DNA of 63,950 nucleotides from Malacoraja senta (Eukaryota): assembly GCA_038087875.1 (NCBI GenBank), contig JAXLNO010003741.1, forward strand, positions 310,001 to 373,950. The letters run 5' to 3'. Positions 1 through 13,045 of the stretch are shown here, piece by piece. A program made the position numbers and the translations under genes. A model generated the notes under the pieces. That model did not search any database. It was not told where the DNA came from and saw nothing but the letters and a program-made list of their open reading frames with translations. Numbering within the stretch: the stretch's first letter is position 1; every line of letters begins with the position of its first letter.

Positions 1-65
1 TGCTGTTCTGTAAGTGTGGAGATTTAGCACCAGAATGCTAAAGGATGAATGGCCACTAAGAGTAG

Positions 66-434
66 GAAGGAACTGCAGATGCTAGTTTAAACCAAAGATA
101 GTTTGACTTCTCTAACTTCAAGTAACCCTTGCTTTCCCTCTCTCTCCACCCCTCCCCCTTCCCAGAACTCCGACCAGTTTGATTTTCCCTGATTACATTT
201 TATCTCTGTTTGCTTTGTTGTTACAATCTCCTAGCTAACTGATCTATTCAACATGTTCCTTGATCACCCCCTTTGATGTCTCGTTCACACACCTTACACT
301 TCCTTATCTCTGTACCCCCCCCCCCCACTCCCCTGACTCAATCTGAAGAAGGGTCTCGACCCGAAACATCACCCATTCCTTCTCTCCAGAGTTGCTGCCT
401 GTCCCACTGAGGTACACCAACATTTTGTGTCTAT
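66..434 (+). mobile_element. Penelope-like element 3' end / pseudo-LTR fragment
   Basis: Same sequence as the tails of the GIY-YIG-encoding copies at 25750-26370 and 28510-29620, including CTGAAGAAGGGTCTCGACCCGAAAC. Confidence 0.65.
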
Positions 435-809
435 CAATGGTGACTAAGATCCTGGTGCTTTTATAGGAACAGGGAAATCAGCTTGTGATGTGGCAAATTG
501 GATGCATCAGGATTTCCAAATAGTCAGAACGTGAAATAATAGAGGTTTACTGCACCAAAGAACCATTTCCTCATAGATCTGTGAGCTTCAATTTTAACAG
601 TTGGTTTTTCTGTTAATAGACCATAGAACTTGGGACATAGCACAGGAACTGACCTTTCAACCCACAATTTCACAGCTGAATATGATTCCAAACTAAACTA
701 ATCTCTTCAGTCCGTACATGATCCATATCCCTCCATGCCCTGCATATCCATGTGCCTATCTAAACGCCACTTAGATGCTGCTATTTTATCAACGTGCACC
801 ACCACCTAT

Positions 810-1103
810 GGCAGCACGGTGGCGCAGCGGCAGCACGACTGCCTCACAGCGCCAGAGACCCGGGTTCCATCCTGAAGACGGGTGCTGTCTGTACGGACTT
901 TGTACATTCTCCCGTGACCTGCGTGGGTTTCCGTGAGATCTTCAGTTTCCTCACGCACAGTTTGTAGGTTAATTGGCTTGGTAAAATTATAAATTGTTCC
1001 TAGTGTGTGTAGGGAGTGTTAATGTGCAGGGATCGGTGATCGGTGTAGACTCGGTGGGCTGAAGGGCCTGTTTCCGCATTGTATCTCTAAACTAAACTAA
1101 TAA
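810..1103 (+). mobile_element. HE1/V-SINE-type tRNA-derived SINE
   Basis: GGCAGCACGGTGGCGCAGCGG A-box head, GGTTCnATCC B-box, central GGGTGCTGTCTGTACGGA..TTTGTAC domain, (TAAAC)n tail. Confidence 0.8.
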
Positions 1104-1299
1104 ACCACCTCTGGCTGTGCGTTCAAGGTACCCACCACCCTCTGTGTAAAAAAAAAATTGTGCCCCCTTCACACTAGGCAAGCTGTGGTTGACAAGCAAA
1201 TGCAGAAAATCAAAAATAGAAACCTAAAATATTGCTGATATTTAGCACGTCCACAACAGTGAAGAAAGAAACAGAGTTAACATTATTAACCTGAACATT

Positions 1300-1765
1300 G
1301 GCTTGGTATCAGTGTAAATTGTCCCCAGTAGGATAGTGTTAATGTGCGGGGATCGCTGGTTGGTGCGGGCTCAGTGGGCTGAAGGGCCTGTTTCCGCATT
1401 GTATCTCTAAACTAAACTAAACTAAACATTAACTCTGCGTTGCTCTTGCCACCGATGCTGCCTGACCAGATGTGCTTGTCAATTTTCCTTAAGCTGTTTG
1501 AGCTTGGGCACTGTCTGTGCAGAGTTTGCATGTTCTCCCTGTGACCACGTGGGTTTTCTCCGGGTGCTCCTGTTTCCTCCCACATCCCAAAGTTGTGTCG
1601 GGTTTGTAGGTTTACTGGTTTCTGTAAAATTGCCAATAGTATGTAGGGAGTGGATGAGAAAGTGGAATAACTTAGAACTGATGCAAATGGGTGATCGATG
1701 ATCAGGATGGGCTTTGTGAGGCAATGGGCCTATTTCCGTGTTGTATGCCTAAACTAAACTAAACC
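1300..1765 (+). mobile_element. Two 5'-truncated HE1-like SINE copies
   Basis: 3' halves of the same SINE ending in TAAACTAAAC at ~1427 and ~1763. Confidence 0.65.
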
Positions 1766-1971
1766 CATCTATGCAATGTATCAACAGGCTTCTGATGAGA
1801 GAGCCACTGTTGAATTTTACATTATTAGTTCGGTATTGAATGTATTCTGTGTCCACATCTTGTGACTCAGTGGAAAGTCAAAACGCAGTTTTTACTCAAT
1901 AAAATTGGAAATGCATTTTTGCCATTGTTTAAGTTTCCGACAGATCTTTGGAATGCAATGTTGTAATAAAA

Positions 1972-2290
1972 GGCAGCACTGTGGTGCAGCGATAGAGTTG
2001 CTGCCTTACAGCACCAGAGACCCGGGTTCGATCCTGACTACGGGTACTGTCTGTATGGAGTTTGTACATTTTCCCCGTTACGTCTGTGGGTTTTCTCAGA
2101 GATCTTCGGTTTCTTCACACACTCCAAAGACGTACAATTTTGTAGATAATTGGCTTGGTTTAAATATAAATTGTCCCTAGTGTGTGCAGGATAGTGTTAA
2201 TGTGCGGGGATCGCAGGTCGGTGCAGGCTCGGTGGGTCGAAGGGCCGGTTTCTGTGCTGTATCTCCACAACTAAAAACTAAAACTAAAAC
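1972..2290 (+). mobile_element. HE1/V-SINE-type SINE, ending immediately before the micro-exon acceptor
   Basis: GGCAGCACTGTGGTGCAGCG...GGTTCGATCC head and CTAAAAACTAAAAC tail. Confidence 0.8.
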
Positions 2291-2310
2291 AATCTTCTTC
2301 TCTCTTTCAG

Positions 2311-2333
2311 GATATTAAAAATATTCGTGGCCG
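2311..2333 (+). CDS. TRIM/B30.2 gene, 23-nt linker micro-exon (DIKNIRG-R)
   Basis: Polypyrimidine tract TCTTCTTCTCTCTTTCAG acceptor and GTAAGT donor. A 23-nt phase 0/2 exon of this type (DVKSTLSR-like) is typical of B30.2 TRIM genes, and it joins in frame to 4485-4603. Confidence 0.75.
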
Positions 2334-4484
2334 GTAAGTGCTCTCTTGTCCATATTTGGCAGACAATTATATATTCAGTAAAGCAACTCATTCCACCTGT
2401 AGTCCTTTGCATTGTTGGATACAGATGCCTTGCAAAGTGACTGATTACTTGGTTAATTGGAGCAAAAAACTGTAGGGGCTGGAAATCCAGAACATAAAGA
2501 GGAGACACACAGAAATGCAGATGCTGAAATCTTCAGCAAAACACAGGGTGGTGGAGGAACTCAGCGGCATCTGTAGAGGGAATGGACAGGTGACATTTCA
2601 GGTCAGGACCCTTCTTCATACTGATTGTAGTAGCAGGGAGAAAGCTGAGAAGGAGTAGTGTGCGGGACAAAGCCTGGCGAGTGATAGGTAGATACAGTTG
2701 GGGTGGGGGGTTGATTGGCAGTGGAATAAGTGACACGGGCTCAATATAAAAGGCAACAAACATGTGTCGGATAAGAAGAGCAGATGGGTGAAACGCAAAG
2801 CAAAAGGGAGGGATCTAGATGGAAGAACAGGCATTTCAGCCCACAATGTCTAAGCCATAGATGATGCCAAGACGAACCCTTATCTGCTTGCACATAATCC
2901 ATATCCCTCCATTCCCTGTATATCCAAAAGTCTCTTCAATACCACCACCGTATCTGCGACCACCACTGCCCCTGGCAGCATTTCCAGGCCCACTGTGTAA
3001 AACAAAACTTGTCCCGTGGATCTCTTTTAAACTTTGCCCCTCTCACCTTAAAACTGTCTTCCAGTATTTAATACTTACATCCTGGGAAAAGGGTTCTCAC
3101 AGTCTAACGTATGTATGCTCCTCATAATTTTATTTAATTCTATTACGTCTCCCCTTAACCTCTGATGTTCCAGAGAAAATAATCCAAGTCTGTCAAACAT
3201 CTTGGCTATAGCCAATACCACCTAATCCAGGTATCATTCCGATAAACATTTCCAAAGCCTCCATATTCTCTGGGTAAAGGGATGAGCAGAACTGCATGCA
3301 ATACTTCATATGCGGCCAAACAAATGTCAAATAAAGCTGCATCATGACTTCACGATTGGAATTTATCTTGCACTAAACATTATTCCTATTATCATGTATC
3401 TACACTGTGGATGGCTCGTTTATAATCATCTATTGTTTTTCTGCTGACTAGTTAACATGCAAGAAAAGCTTTTCATTGAACTTCAGTGCATGTGGCAATG
3501 AAGTAAACGCACAATGAGTTGATCAATGAAAACAAAGTTATAATATGCTTTGTTTGCCACTCTATCCATTTGTGTTTCCGAGAATAAGGGAAGAAATGGG
3601 ATGTACTGGGTTGGGTGCGGAGAAGAGAGAGGCAGTAGGGAGGGTAATTACCTACTATTGGAGAAAATTCAATTGGAGAAACAAGAACTGCTCAGAGACC
3701 TCAACAGATCAAGCAGTATCCAAAGATGGGGAAACGGACAACATTTCAGGTCAATAACCCTTCATCAATACTGGGAAAGACAGGAAAAACGCTGCTTCTC
3801 TCTCCTATCCTGACCGTTACCTGGGAAGCCCACGGCTCCAGTCATTCTAATCACTGTAACCAAAGCACTGCTATTGTACATCTTTTCCACACCTTCAATA
3901 AAATATTCACACTTAATTCCTCTAACACACACAGTTCAGAAGGAATATCCATTACCCATGGAGAAGGTTAATAGCTGGTGGCTGTGAAGCAATGGATAAT
4001 AAAAACCAATGTCTCATGTGCAAGGGATGAGATATGATACAATATGATAGAACTTTACTCATCCCAGGAGGGAAATTGGTCTGCCAACACAAGATATATG
4101 GAACATGGAATTAAAGTGACAAGTGGAGTGTCCAGGATTTGGGATGCAGTACAGGGAGTACAATACTATCAGAAGTGCTGCATTTTGGTTGAAGTCTCCA
4201 GTTGTTTTCTGAGGTAGTCCTTGCAGAATACTATAAAAAAACAACTGAAAATTCCTCCTTGATATACCGTGGTCAATAACCATCCCCAATCAACGCATAG
4301 AATAACTTGATTTATATATTTCTCATATATGTTGTTCATATTTCCCTAAGACCTCAGTCTTGGATAGTAGTCTGTGAACAGTCAGAAGTTGCGGGCAGTG
4401 CTGATACGTATATAAAGTGAGATCATAGATAGGGTGTATCATTCTACTTTTACATCTCAGCGATACTTTATATTTCCAACACAG

Positions 4485-4603
4485 GTGTGAAAACATGCAG
4501 TTCCAGAAAACCGCCAGAGTTTCCATTGACCTCAGGCAAGATGATATCAGCGGCCCCTTTCAGTTCAACCTGTGGAAACGGATGCTGAAACGAATTAATC
4601 CTG
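4485..4603 (+). CDS. TRIM/B30.2 gene, penultimate coding exon (CENMQFQKTARVSIDLRQDDISGPFQFNLWKRMLKRINP)
   Basis: ACAG acceptor and GTAAAT donor, 119 nt, phase 2/1. The GPxQxxxWKxMLxxIxP motif is characteristic of the exon preceding PRY in fish/shark TRIMs. In frame with 9198. Confidence 0.8.
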
Positions 4604-5811
4604 GTAAATTTATCTTCCTGCAGCGTCGAGGAATTATGGTGAATGAAATATGGAAGAGATTTTGATAGAGGTTTGAGAAAAATTGACACTTTTGTCGAGT
4701 CTGAAGAAAAGGTTTGTCCTGAAACGTCACCTATTCCTTCTATCCAGAGATGCTGCCTGGCCAGCTGAGTTACTCCAGCATCTTGTGTCTCTTCAGTGTA
4801 AATTAACACCTGCAGCTCCTTCTTACACATTTGGGCCGGGCCAGCCCACAGGTCCAATAACGATACACCAGATATGTAACATGGCTGGTAATCCTGGGGC
4901 CTGAACTAACAGTTTAAAGATCTGAGTTCAGTACAGTACAGGAGCAGACCCTTCAGCCCACAATGTCCATGCTGACAATGAAGCCAAGATAAACTAAACT
5001 CCTCTGCCTGAAACCTATACCTCCATTCTCTGCATATCCATGTGCCTCTCTCAAACCCTCTTAAATCTCACTATTGTGTCTGCCTCCACCATCTCCCCCA
5101 GCAACATGTTCCAGGCATCCTCTTGTTAAAAACAACTTGCCCCGTACATATTTTTAAACTTCATCCCTGTCACCTTAAAGCCACGTCCTGTGGTCCTCCA
5201 CATTTTCACCCTGGGGAAAGAAGGTTATGAATGTCCACCCTCTCTCTGCCTTCCATCATTTTAAGCATTGCTACCAGCTTCAAATCACACTATGGAAACT
5301 GTAATTTAAATTCAGTTCATAAATTGGAATTTAGCAACAACTGGCCTCCATTAAGATGACCACAAAATAAATGCAGATTGTGCTAAAATCCCTTCAGGTT
5401 TGTTGATGCCCCTCAGCACAGTAGATCTGCCATCCTTTTCCAGCTTTCGTGACGCCAGACTGACTACCGAGGTTCAAATGAGAAAGTGCAGGAGTAACTC
5501 AGTGGGTCAACGGCAGCTGTGGAGGAAACGGACAGGTGACGTTTCTGGTCAGGACCCTTCTTCAGACTCATTCAGACTGATTCAACCAGTCTGTAGAAGT
5601 TTCTCAACCTGAAACATCGCCCGTCCATTCCCTTCACAAATGTTGCCTCATCTGCTCAGTTCCTCCAGTACTCTGTGCTCAGGTCAACATTCCACCATCT
5701 GTTGTTCCTTGTCTGGATGGTTCCTAAATGCAATGTGAGATGCTCTAGTAAGGGCAGTAAATGGTGGCCTTAACATCAATGCCGGAGTAGGTGAAATCTG
5801 CGATGCGACAT

Positions 5812-6120
5812 TGACACTGTCGCAGCTGGTAAGGCAGATGCCTCACAGCACCAGAGACCCGGGTTTGATCCTGTCCTCGGCTGCTGTCTGTGTGGAGTTT
5901 GCACGTTCTCCCTGTGACCACATGAGTTTCCTCCATCTGCGCTGGTTTCCACCCACATCCCAAAGACGTGCAGTTTGTCGGCTCGTTGACCTCTGCAAAT
6001 TGTCGTTAGTTTGTAGGGAGTGGATGAGAAAGTGGGATAACTAGAATTAGTGTGAACAGGTGATCGATGGTCTGCGTGGACACGGCAGGTCAAAGGTCAA
6101 TTTCCATGCTGTATCTCTTT
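5812..6120 (+). mobile_element. HE1-like SINE
   Basis: CACAGCACCAGAGACCCGGGTTTGATCC head and conserved central domain. Confidence 0.7.
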
Positions 6121-6300
6121 AACCTCTACGCTGTTGCAAGGTTATGTCAGTGAGTCAGTGAGTGAGCGATAGAGTCACATCAGCGCTCTCCCCAACCTCC
6201 AAGTGTTGTGCCTCAAGGGAGGGAAGTGGGAAGAGAAGGCAGGCGGGAATGCCTGATAACTAATGGCTATTCCTGACAGTATAGAAGATATATACATCTA

Positions 6301-7914
6301 CAGTGGCTTGCAAAAGTATTCATACCCCTTGAACTTTTCCACATTTTGTCACGTTACAACCACAAACGTAAATGTATTTTATTGGGATTTTATGTGATAG
6401 ACCAACACAAAGTGGCGCATAATTGTGAAGTGGAAGGAAAATGATACATGGTTTTCAGATTTTTTTACAAATAAAAAACTGAAAAGTGTCGCGTGCAAAA
6501 GTATTCAGCCCCCTTTACTCTGATACCCCTAAATAAAATCCAGTGCAACCAATTGCTTTCAGAAGTCATCTAATTAGTAAATAGAGTCCACTTGTGTGTA
6601 ATCTAATCTCAGTATAAATACAGCTGTTCTGTGAAGGCCTCAGAGGTTTGTTAGAGAACATTAGTGAACAAACAGCATCATGAAGCCCAAGGAACACACC
6701 AAACAGGTCAGGGATAAAGTTGTGGAGAAGTTTAAAGCAGGGTTAGGTTATAAACAAATATCCCAAGCTTTGAACATCTCACGGAGCACTGTTCAATCCA
6801 TCATCCGAAAATGGAAAGAGTATGGCACAACTGCAAACCTACCAAGACATGGCCGTCCACCTAAACTGACAGGCCGGGCAAGGAGAGCATTGATCAGAGA
6901 AGCAGCCAAGAGGCCCATGGTAACTCTGGAGGAGCTGCAGAGATCCACAGCTCAGGTGGGAGAATCTGTCCACAGGACAACTATTAGTCGTGCACTCCAC
7001 AAATCGGGCCTTTATGGAAGAGTGGCAAGAAGAAAGCCATTGTTGAAAAAGAGCCATAAGAAGTCCCGTTTGCAGTTTGCCACAAGTCATGTGGGGGACA
7101 CAGCAAACATGTGGAGGAAGGTGCTCTGGTCAGATGAGACCAAAATTGAAGTTTTGGGCCTAAATGCAAAACGCTATGTGTGGCGGAAAACTAACACTGC
7201 ACAACCCTGTACACGCCATCCCCACTGTGAAACATGGTGGTGGCAGCATCATGCTGTGGGGATGCTTTTCTTCAGCAGGGCAGGGAAGCTGGTCAGAGTT
7301 GATGGGAAGATGGATGGAGCCAAATACAGGGCAATCTTGGAAGAAAACCTGTTAGAGTCTGCAAAAGACTTGAGACTGGGGCGGAGGTTCACCTTCCAGC
7401 AGGACAACGACCCTAAACATACAGCCAGAGCTACAATGGAATGGTTTAGATCAAAGCATATTCATGTGTTAGAATGGCCCAGTCAAAGTCCAGACTTAAA
7501 TCCAATTGAGAATCTCTGGCAAGACTTGACAATTGCTGTTCACAGACGCTCTCCATCCAATCTGACTGAGCTTGAGCTATTTTGCAAAGAAGAATGGGCA
7601 AAAATTTCAGTCTCTAGATGTGCAAAGCTTGTAGAGACATACCCCAAAAGACTTGCAGCTGTAATTGCAGCGAAAGGTGGTTCTACAAAGTATTGACTCA
7701 GGGGGCCTGAATACTTTTGCACGCCACACTTTTCAGTTTTTTATTTGTAAAAAAATTTGAAAACCATGTATCATTTTCCTTCCACTTCACAATTATGCAC
7801 CACTTTGTGTTGGTCTATCACATAAAATCCCAATAAAATACATTTACGTTTGTGGATGTAACATGACAAAATGTGGAACAGTTCAAGGGGTATGAAAACT
7901 TTTGCAAGCCACTG
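6301..7914 (+). mobile_element. Full-length Tc1/mariner DNA transposon, IR/DR type, Passport-like
   Basis: TA target duplication at 6299-6300 and 7915-7916. ~210-bp TIRs begin CAGTGGCTTGCAAAAGTATTCATACCCC and carry an inner repeat (CAAAAGTATTCAGCCCC). A transposase ORF lies between them. Confidence 0.95.
6680..7696 (+). pseudogene. Tc1 DD34E transposase, 338-aa ORF with two compensating frameshifts
   Basis: Paired-like N-terminus, GRPPK, WSDETK, QQDND...NPIE (34-residue spacing), GGSTKY end. The conserved [19 protein letters not shown] block sits in another frame (ORF 7164-7355). Confidence 0.85.
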
Positions 7915-8039
7915 TATATAGTTTAGGATTAGAAAGGGTACACAGTCAGCACTTTTTCCAGTGGAAATATCACAGAGCTTGAAAGTATCTGTAGTGACCC
8001 CCCTCCCCCACCCTCTTCACCTATATCCGCCTATCACCT

Positions 8040-8345
8040 GGGCTGCATGGTGGCGCAGCGGTTGAGTTCCTGCCTAACAGCTCCAGAGTCCCAGGTTCGA
8101 TCCTCACGATGGATGCAGTCTGTACATAATTTGTACGTTCTCCCTGTGACCACGTGGAGTTTTTTGCGGGTGCTCCGGTTTCCAACCACATTACAAAGAT
8201 GTTCAGGTTTGTAGCTTAATTGTATTGTGTGAATTGTCCTTAGTGTGTAGGTTACAACTAGTACGGGTGACCAGTGGTTGGCGTGGACCTGTTGAGCCGA
8301 AGGGCCTGTTTCCATGATGTATCTCCAAAATAGACTAAACTAAAT
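8040..8345 (+). mobile_element. HE1-like SINE
   Basis: GGTGGCGCAGCGG...GGTTCGATCC head and ACTAAACTAAA tail. Confidence 0.75.
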
Positions 8346-8658
8346 CACTTGCTAGGCTCTGTGCCATTCCACCTCCCTCTTCCAGCCAGTGGGCATAACT
8401 GAATGGTGAAAGGGGCAACATTTAAAGGTGATGTGCAGGCCAAATATTTTACACGGAGGGTGGTGGGTACCTGGAATCTGCTGCCAGGGGTGGTGGAGAC
8501 AGATGTGACAGTGCGTTTTGGATGTGCACATGGATATGTAGGGATATGGATAACGTGTAGGCGGAGAAGCTTAGTTTAACTTGGCATCATGTTCAGCATG
8601 AACACGGTAGACAGTTCTTGTGCTGTACTGCTATATGTTCTAAATGATACATGTTCGG

Positions 8659-8986
8659 GGCGGCACGGTGGCGCAGTGGTATAGTTGCTGCCTTACAGTG
8701 CTTCCAGCGCCACAGACCCGGGTTCTATCCCGACTACGGGTGCTGTCTGTATGGAGTTTCAACATTCTCCCCGTGACCGCGTGGGTTTTCTCCGAGATCT
8801 TCAGTCTCCTCACACACTACAAAGACGTACAGGTTTGTAGGTTAATTGGCTTTGTGTATGTGTAAAATTATTCCTAGTGTGTGTAGGATAGTGTTAATGA
8901 GCGGGGATCTCTGGTCAACGCGGACTCGGTGGGCTGAAGGGCCTGTTTCAGCGCCATATCTCCAAACTAAACTAAACTAAACTAAA
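8659..8986 (+). mobile_element. HE1-like SINE
   Basis: GGGCGGCACGGTGGCGCAGTGG head and repeated AAACT tail. Confidence 0.8.
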
Positions 8987-9197
8987 GAGAAAACAGATAA
9001 CGTTTCAGAAATGAGCAAAAAGGAAACTGCATCTTCTGACATTATCCACTTTTATTTTAGATATCCAGCACCTGCAGTTTCCTGTTACATTTTCGTTTAC
9101 TGTGCATGAATGTATATTGACCAACCACTGAATGTGTCAAAATGTTTGATTGGCAAATCGCGTGGATTCACCATGCAGACTTTTTTCTCTTCTTCAG

Positions 9198-9721
9198 TCC
9201 CAATCAAACTGAAGCGGAATCCGGACACTGCGCATCCGAGACTCATCCTGTCCAGTGACCTGACAGCCATCAGACTCGGTGCTAAACAGAAGGTCCCTGA
9301 CAAACCAGAGCGATTTGTGCAGTGGCACGGTGTCCTGGCATCTCAGGGCTTCAATACTGGGAGCCACTACTGGGAGGTCGAGGTCGGAAGGAACACCATG
9401 TGGAGTGTGGGAGTGGTAAAAGCATCGGTACTGAGGAAAGCGGAGTTCACACCGGAACCAAAATCCGGTGCCTGGGTATTGTGGCGTCTGGGAGAGGAAT
9501 ATACCACTATGTCTTCACCACGTACTGCCCTCCCTGTTCCAGTCAAACCCCAAAGATTGGGCATCTACCTGAACTATGAGGCTGGCCAGGTAACACTGTA
9601 CAATGCCGATGACATGTCACATCTGTACACTTTCAGGGACAAATTCACTGAGAAACTCTATCCTTTCTTCTTAACGGGTTGCAACATTGATTCATTGCAA
9701 ATAGTCCACTTGCATATATAG
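9198..9721 (+). CDS. TRIM/B30.2 gene, terminal PRY-SPRY exon (TRIM39/TRIM27/TRIM35-like E3 ligase; 5' exons lie upstream of the window)
   Basis: ORF 9110-9721 carries PDTAHPRLILS, PERF, GSHYWEVEV, WSVGV, LGIYLNYEAGQVTLY and FTEKLYPFF. The true start is the TTTTTTCTCTTCTTCAG acceptor at 9197/9198 (phase 1). Confidence 0.9.
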
Positions 9722-10693
9722 GTTTATTTGGTGAACGTGCGGCCAACCTTTATGGGTAGACACTTGAAACGGCCCTACTTCCAGGAGTTATCAATGTTAA
9801 TCAGTGAGTTCCAACACCATCTCTACCTGCAAACTGTTATTAATAGTGTTTAACTCCATATTTAAATATCTACTAGATGGCCAGGGGACCCATTGGGTCC
9901 CTGTCACATGGAAGCCCCGTTCCGCCAACACAATATTCCACCACTCTGCGCATGCACGGCTGTAGGGCCCGCAACTGCTGTGTTCAAAGTTGTGCCGTTG
10001 ACGGCAGAAATTAAGTTAAAGTTAATAAAGTGAATAGAGAACCGATGGAGCATCTTGTAAAATAGAACAAAACGTACCCGTGGAGCCGTTGGCTCCCCGT
10101 TGTGAGGCCAGGCAAATGCGCGCGAACCCATTGGGATGTCAAGATGGCGGCGGGCCAACTGCGCAGGCGCGGACCCGTTGGGTTCCCATTGTGACGTTGT
10201 GACGTCGAACGCGGCTGATCGGCAGGGAAAGTGGAAAAGTGTTCTTTGTACATTTTAAAATGTCAATAACTTGTAAAATATAACATAAATCTGAATGAAA
10301 CTTGTTTCATTTACATCGCAGGACAATGGTGAATAAGGAGGGTCAAAAATTTGGACGCCTATTTTTCTCAACTTAAATATGCACAAATTCTGGAATGCTA
10401 ATAAAAAATCTGCAAATATATAGGCTTCAAAGCTAATTATACGAAGTTAACGTGAAGGAGACTTCACAGGCTAGTTAAAAGAAGGCTTTGAAGCCAATTA
10501 TAGAAAGTTAATGTGAAGAACTCTTTTAGCTCGTCTGATATTGAGTTACTATGTTCCTAAGCGTGTGTGTATAGGTGATCACAAATCGGCATGAACTATA
10601 TTGGCCGATGGGCTTGTTTCCGTGCTGTATCATTCAATTCAATTCAATAAATAATCTGCAACTTAGTCTAGGTTTTGTCCAAATTAATCATTG

Positions 10694-10960
10694 GCGGCAC
10701 AGTGGCGCAGCGGTAGTGTTGCTGCTTTATAGCGGCAGAAAGCCAAGTTTAATCCTGATTATGGGTGCTGTCTGTGTGGAGATTGTACATTCTTCCCGTG
10801 ACCGCATGGGTGCTCCAGTCTCCTTCCACGTCTCAATGACATGCAGGTTTGTAGGTTTATTGGCCTCTAAATTGTCCCTAGTGTGTAGGATAGAACTAGT
10901 GTATGGGTGATGGTGATCGGTATGGACTGTTTACACGCTGTATCTCTAAACTAATCTAAA
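10694..10960 (+). mobile_element. HE1-like SINE
   Basis: GGCGGCACAGTGGCGCAGCGG head and CTCTAAACTAA tail. Confidence 0.7.
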
Positions 10961-11340
10961 CATCACATTTCTCCATATTTCATTTCTAAATTCAGAGTTA
11001 ATTCTGATAACCTGCCAAGGTCCTCGTTAAACCTGTTACAAAATCCTCCTCATAGTTTAGCATATTAATTTCAAAGGAATGCTTTGAATTTTGACACGAG
11101 CAAATAAATCTACAAATTAATTTCTTCTTTGCGTTTGCTCCTGTTATCCAATTTGGTGACTGTGGTGCAAAATTAACTGACAATCTTGCCTCATAACTAT
11201 TTCATTTGTCATTCAAAAAAACTAAGTCTGCATGTGAAGGAACAATACATCAATTGAACGTAAACTATGAACAGATTTATCAATAAATGCATAATATTAG
11301 TTGCATTCGTTGCTTTCAAGTTTGGGAACAATCGTTTTAG

Positions 11341-12825
11341 ACATAGAAACGTAGAAAATAGGTGCAGGTGGAGGCCATTTGGCCCTTCGAGCCTCCACCT
11401 TCTTTTATTGTGATCATGGCTGATCATCCACAATCAGTAAACCGTGCCTGCCTTCTCCCCACATCCCTTGATTCCGCTAGCCCCTGGAGCTCTATCTAAC
11501 ACTTTTAAATTCATTCAGTGAATTGACCTCCACAGCCTTCTGTGGCAGAGAATTCCACAAATTCACAACTCTCTGGGTCAATAAGTTTTTTTCTCATTTC
11601 AGTTCTAAATGGCCTCCCCTTCATTCTTGGACTGTGGCCCCTTGTTCTGGACTTCCCCATCATTGGGAACATTTTTCCTGCATCCAGCTTGTCCAGTCCT
11701 GTTATAATTTTATACATTTCTATAAGATCCCCTCTAATCCTTCTAAATTCCAGTGAATACAAGCCCCCTCTTTCCAATCTTTCTTCATATGACAGTCCCG
11801 CCATCCCGGCATTAACCTCGAGAATCTAGCTGCACTGCTTCAGTATCAAGGACGTCCTTCCTCAAATTAGGAGATCAAAACTGCACACAATACTTCAGAT
11901 GTGGTGTCACCAGGGTCTTGTGTAACTGCAGTAGGACCTCCTTGGTCCTAAACTCAAATCCTTTCGCAATGAAGGCCAACATGCAATTGGCTTTCTTCTC
12001 TGCCTGCTGTACCTGCATGCTTACTTTCAGTGATTGATGTACAAGCACACATGGTCTCGTTGTACCTCCCCTTCTCCTAATCTGTCACCATTCAGATAAT
12101 AATCTGCCCTCCTGTTCTTGCCACCAAAGTGGATAACCTCGCATGTATCCACATTATGCTGCATCTGCCATGCTTCTACCCACTCACCCAACCTATCCAA
12201 GTCACCCTGCAGCCTCATAGCATCCTCCTCGCACCTCACACTGCCACCCAGCTTTGTGTCATCCGCAAAGTTAGAAATGTTACATTTAATTCGCTCGTCT
12301 AAATCGTTAACATATATTGTAAACAACTTGGGTCCCAGCACCGAGCCTTGCGGCACCCCACTGGTCACTACCTGCCATTCTGAAAAGGACCCGTTAATTC
12401 CTACTCTTTGCTTCCTGTCTGCCAACCAGTTTTCTATCCATGTCAATACCCTAGCCCCAAAACCATGTTCTCTCATTTTGCACACTAATCTCCTGTGTGG
12501 AACCTTGTCAAAGGCATTTTGAAAGTTCAGATACACCATGTCCACTGGCTCTCCCTTATCCATTCTACTTGTTACGCCATCAAACAATTCCAAAAGATTA
12601 GTCAAGCATGATTTCCTCTTTTTAAATCCATGCTGACTTTTCAGATCCCGTCACTGCTTTCCAAAAGCGCTGCTATAACATCTTTAATAATCGACTCCAG
12701 CAGTTTCCCACTACCGATGTAAAGCTAACTAGTCTATAATTCCCCGTTTTCTCTCTCCCTTCTTTCTTAAAGAGGGGAGTTACATTGGCTACCCTCCAGT
12801 CCACAGGAACTGATCCAGAGTCGAG
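11341..12825 (-). mobile_element. CR1 (HER1-like) LINE, 5'-truncated, RT domain plus 3' end
   Basis: ORF 12027-12605 has YLNFQNAFDKVPH, GVPQGSVLGP and FADDTKLG. ORF 11511-11804 has the CR1 C-terminus (LSYEERL, RRIRGDLIE, RTRGH). The TTTCTATGT-type tail is at 11341. Confidence 0.92.
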
Positions 12826-13045
12826 ACGCATCCTAGCATCAACACACAGTAAATTCCGTAAATATACATTAAAAATTCCAGAAGTTAAAGCTTGATATTA
12901 CTTCTGTGCATCGTAGGAGCATTGTGACAAACAGATGAAGTGACCATTAGTTATCGGGTTGAGTACAATGTTAGACATCTTACCCGGCTGACGTTTCAGA
13001 TCTCTTCACACATTAATCGCGGTAATTGAAGAGTTAAATTAATTC

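Noticed and set aside
810-880. tRNA-like A/B boxes at SINE heads
   Set aside because: These are tRNA-derived SINE promoters with no complete cloverleaf, not tRNA genes.
9110-9197. Stand-alone single-exon B30.2 protein starting at 9110
   Set aside because: A strong acceptor at 9197 and two in-phase upstream TRIM exons show it is a terminal exon.
10420-10522. Two ~38-bp direct repeats (AGGCTT..AAG..AATTATA..AAGTTAA.GTGAAG)
   Set aside because: A simple old local duplication with no further structure.
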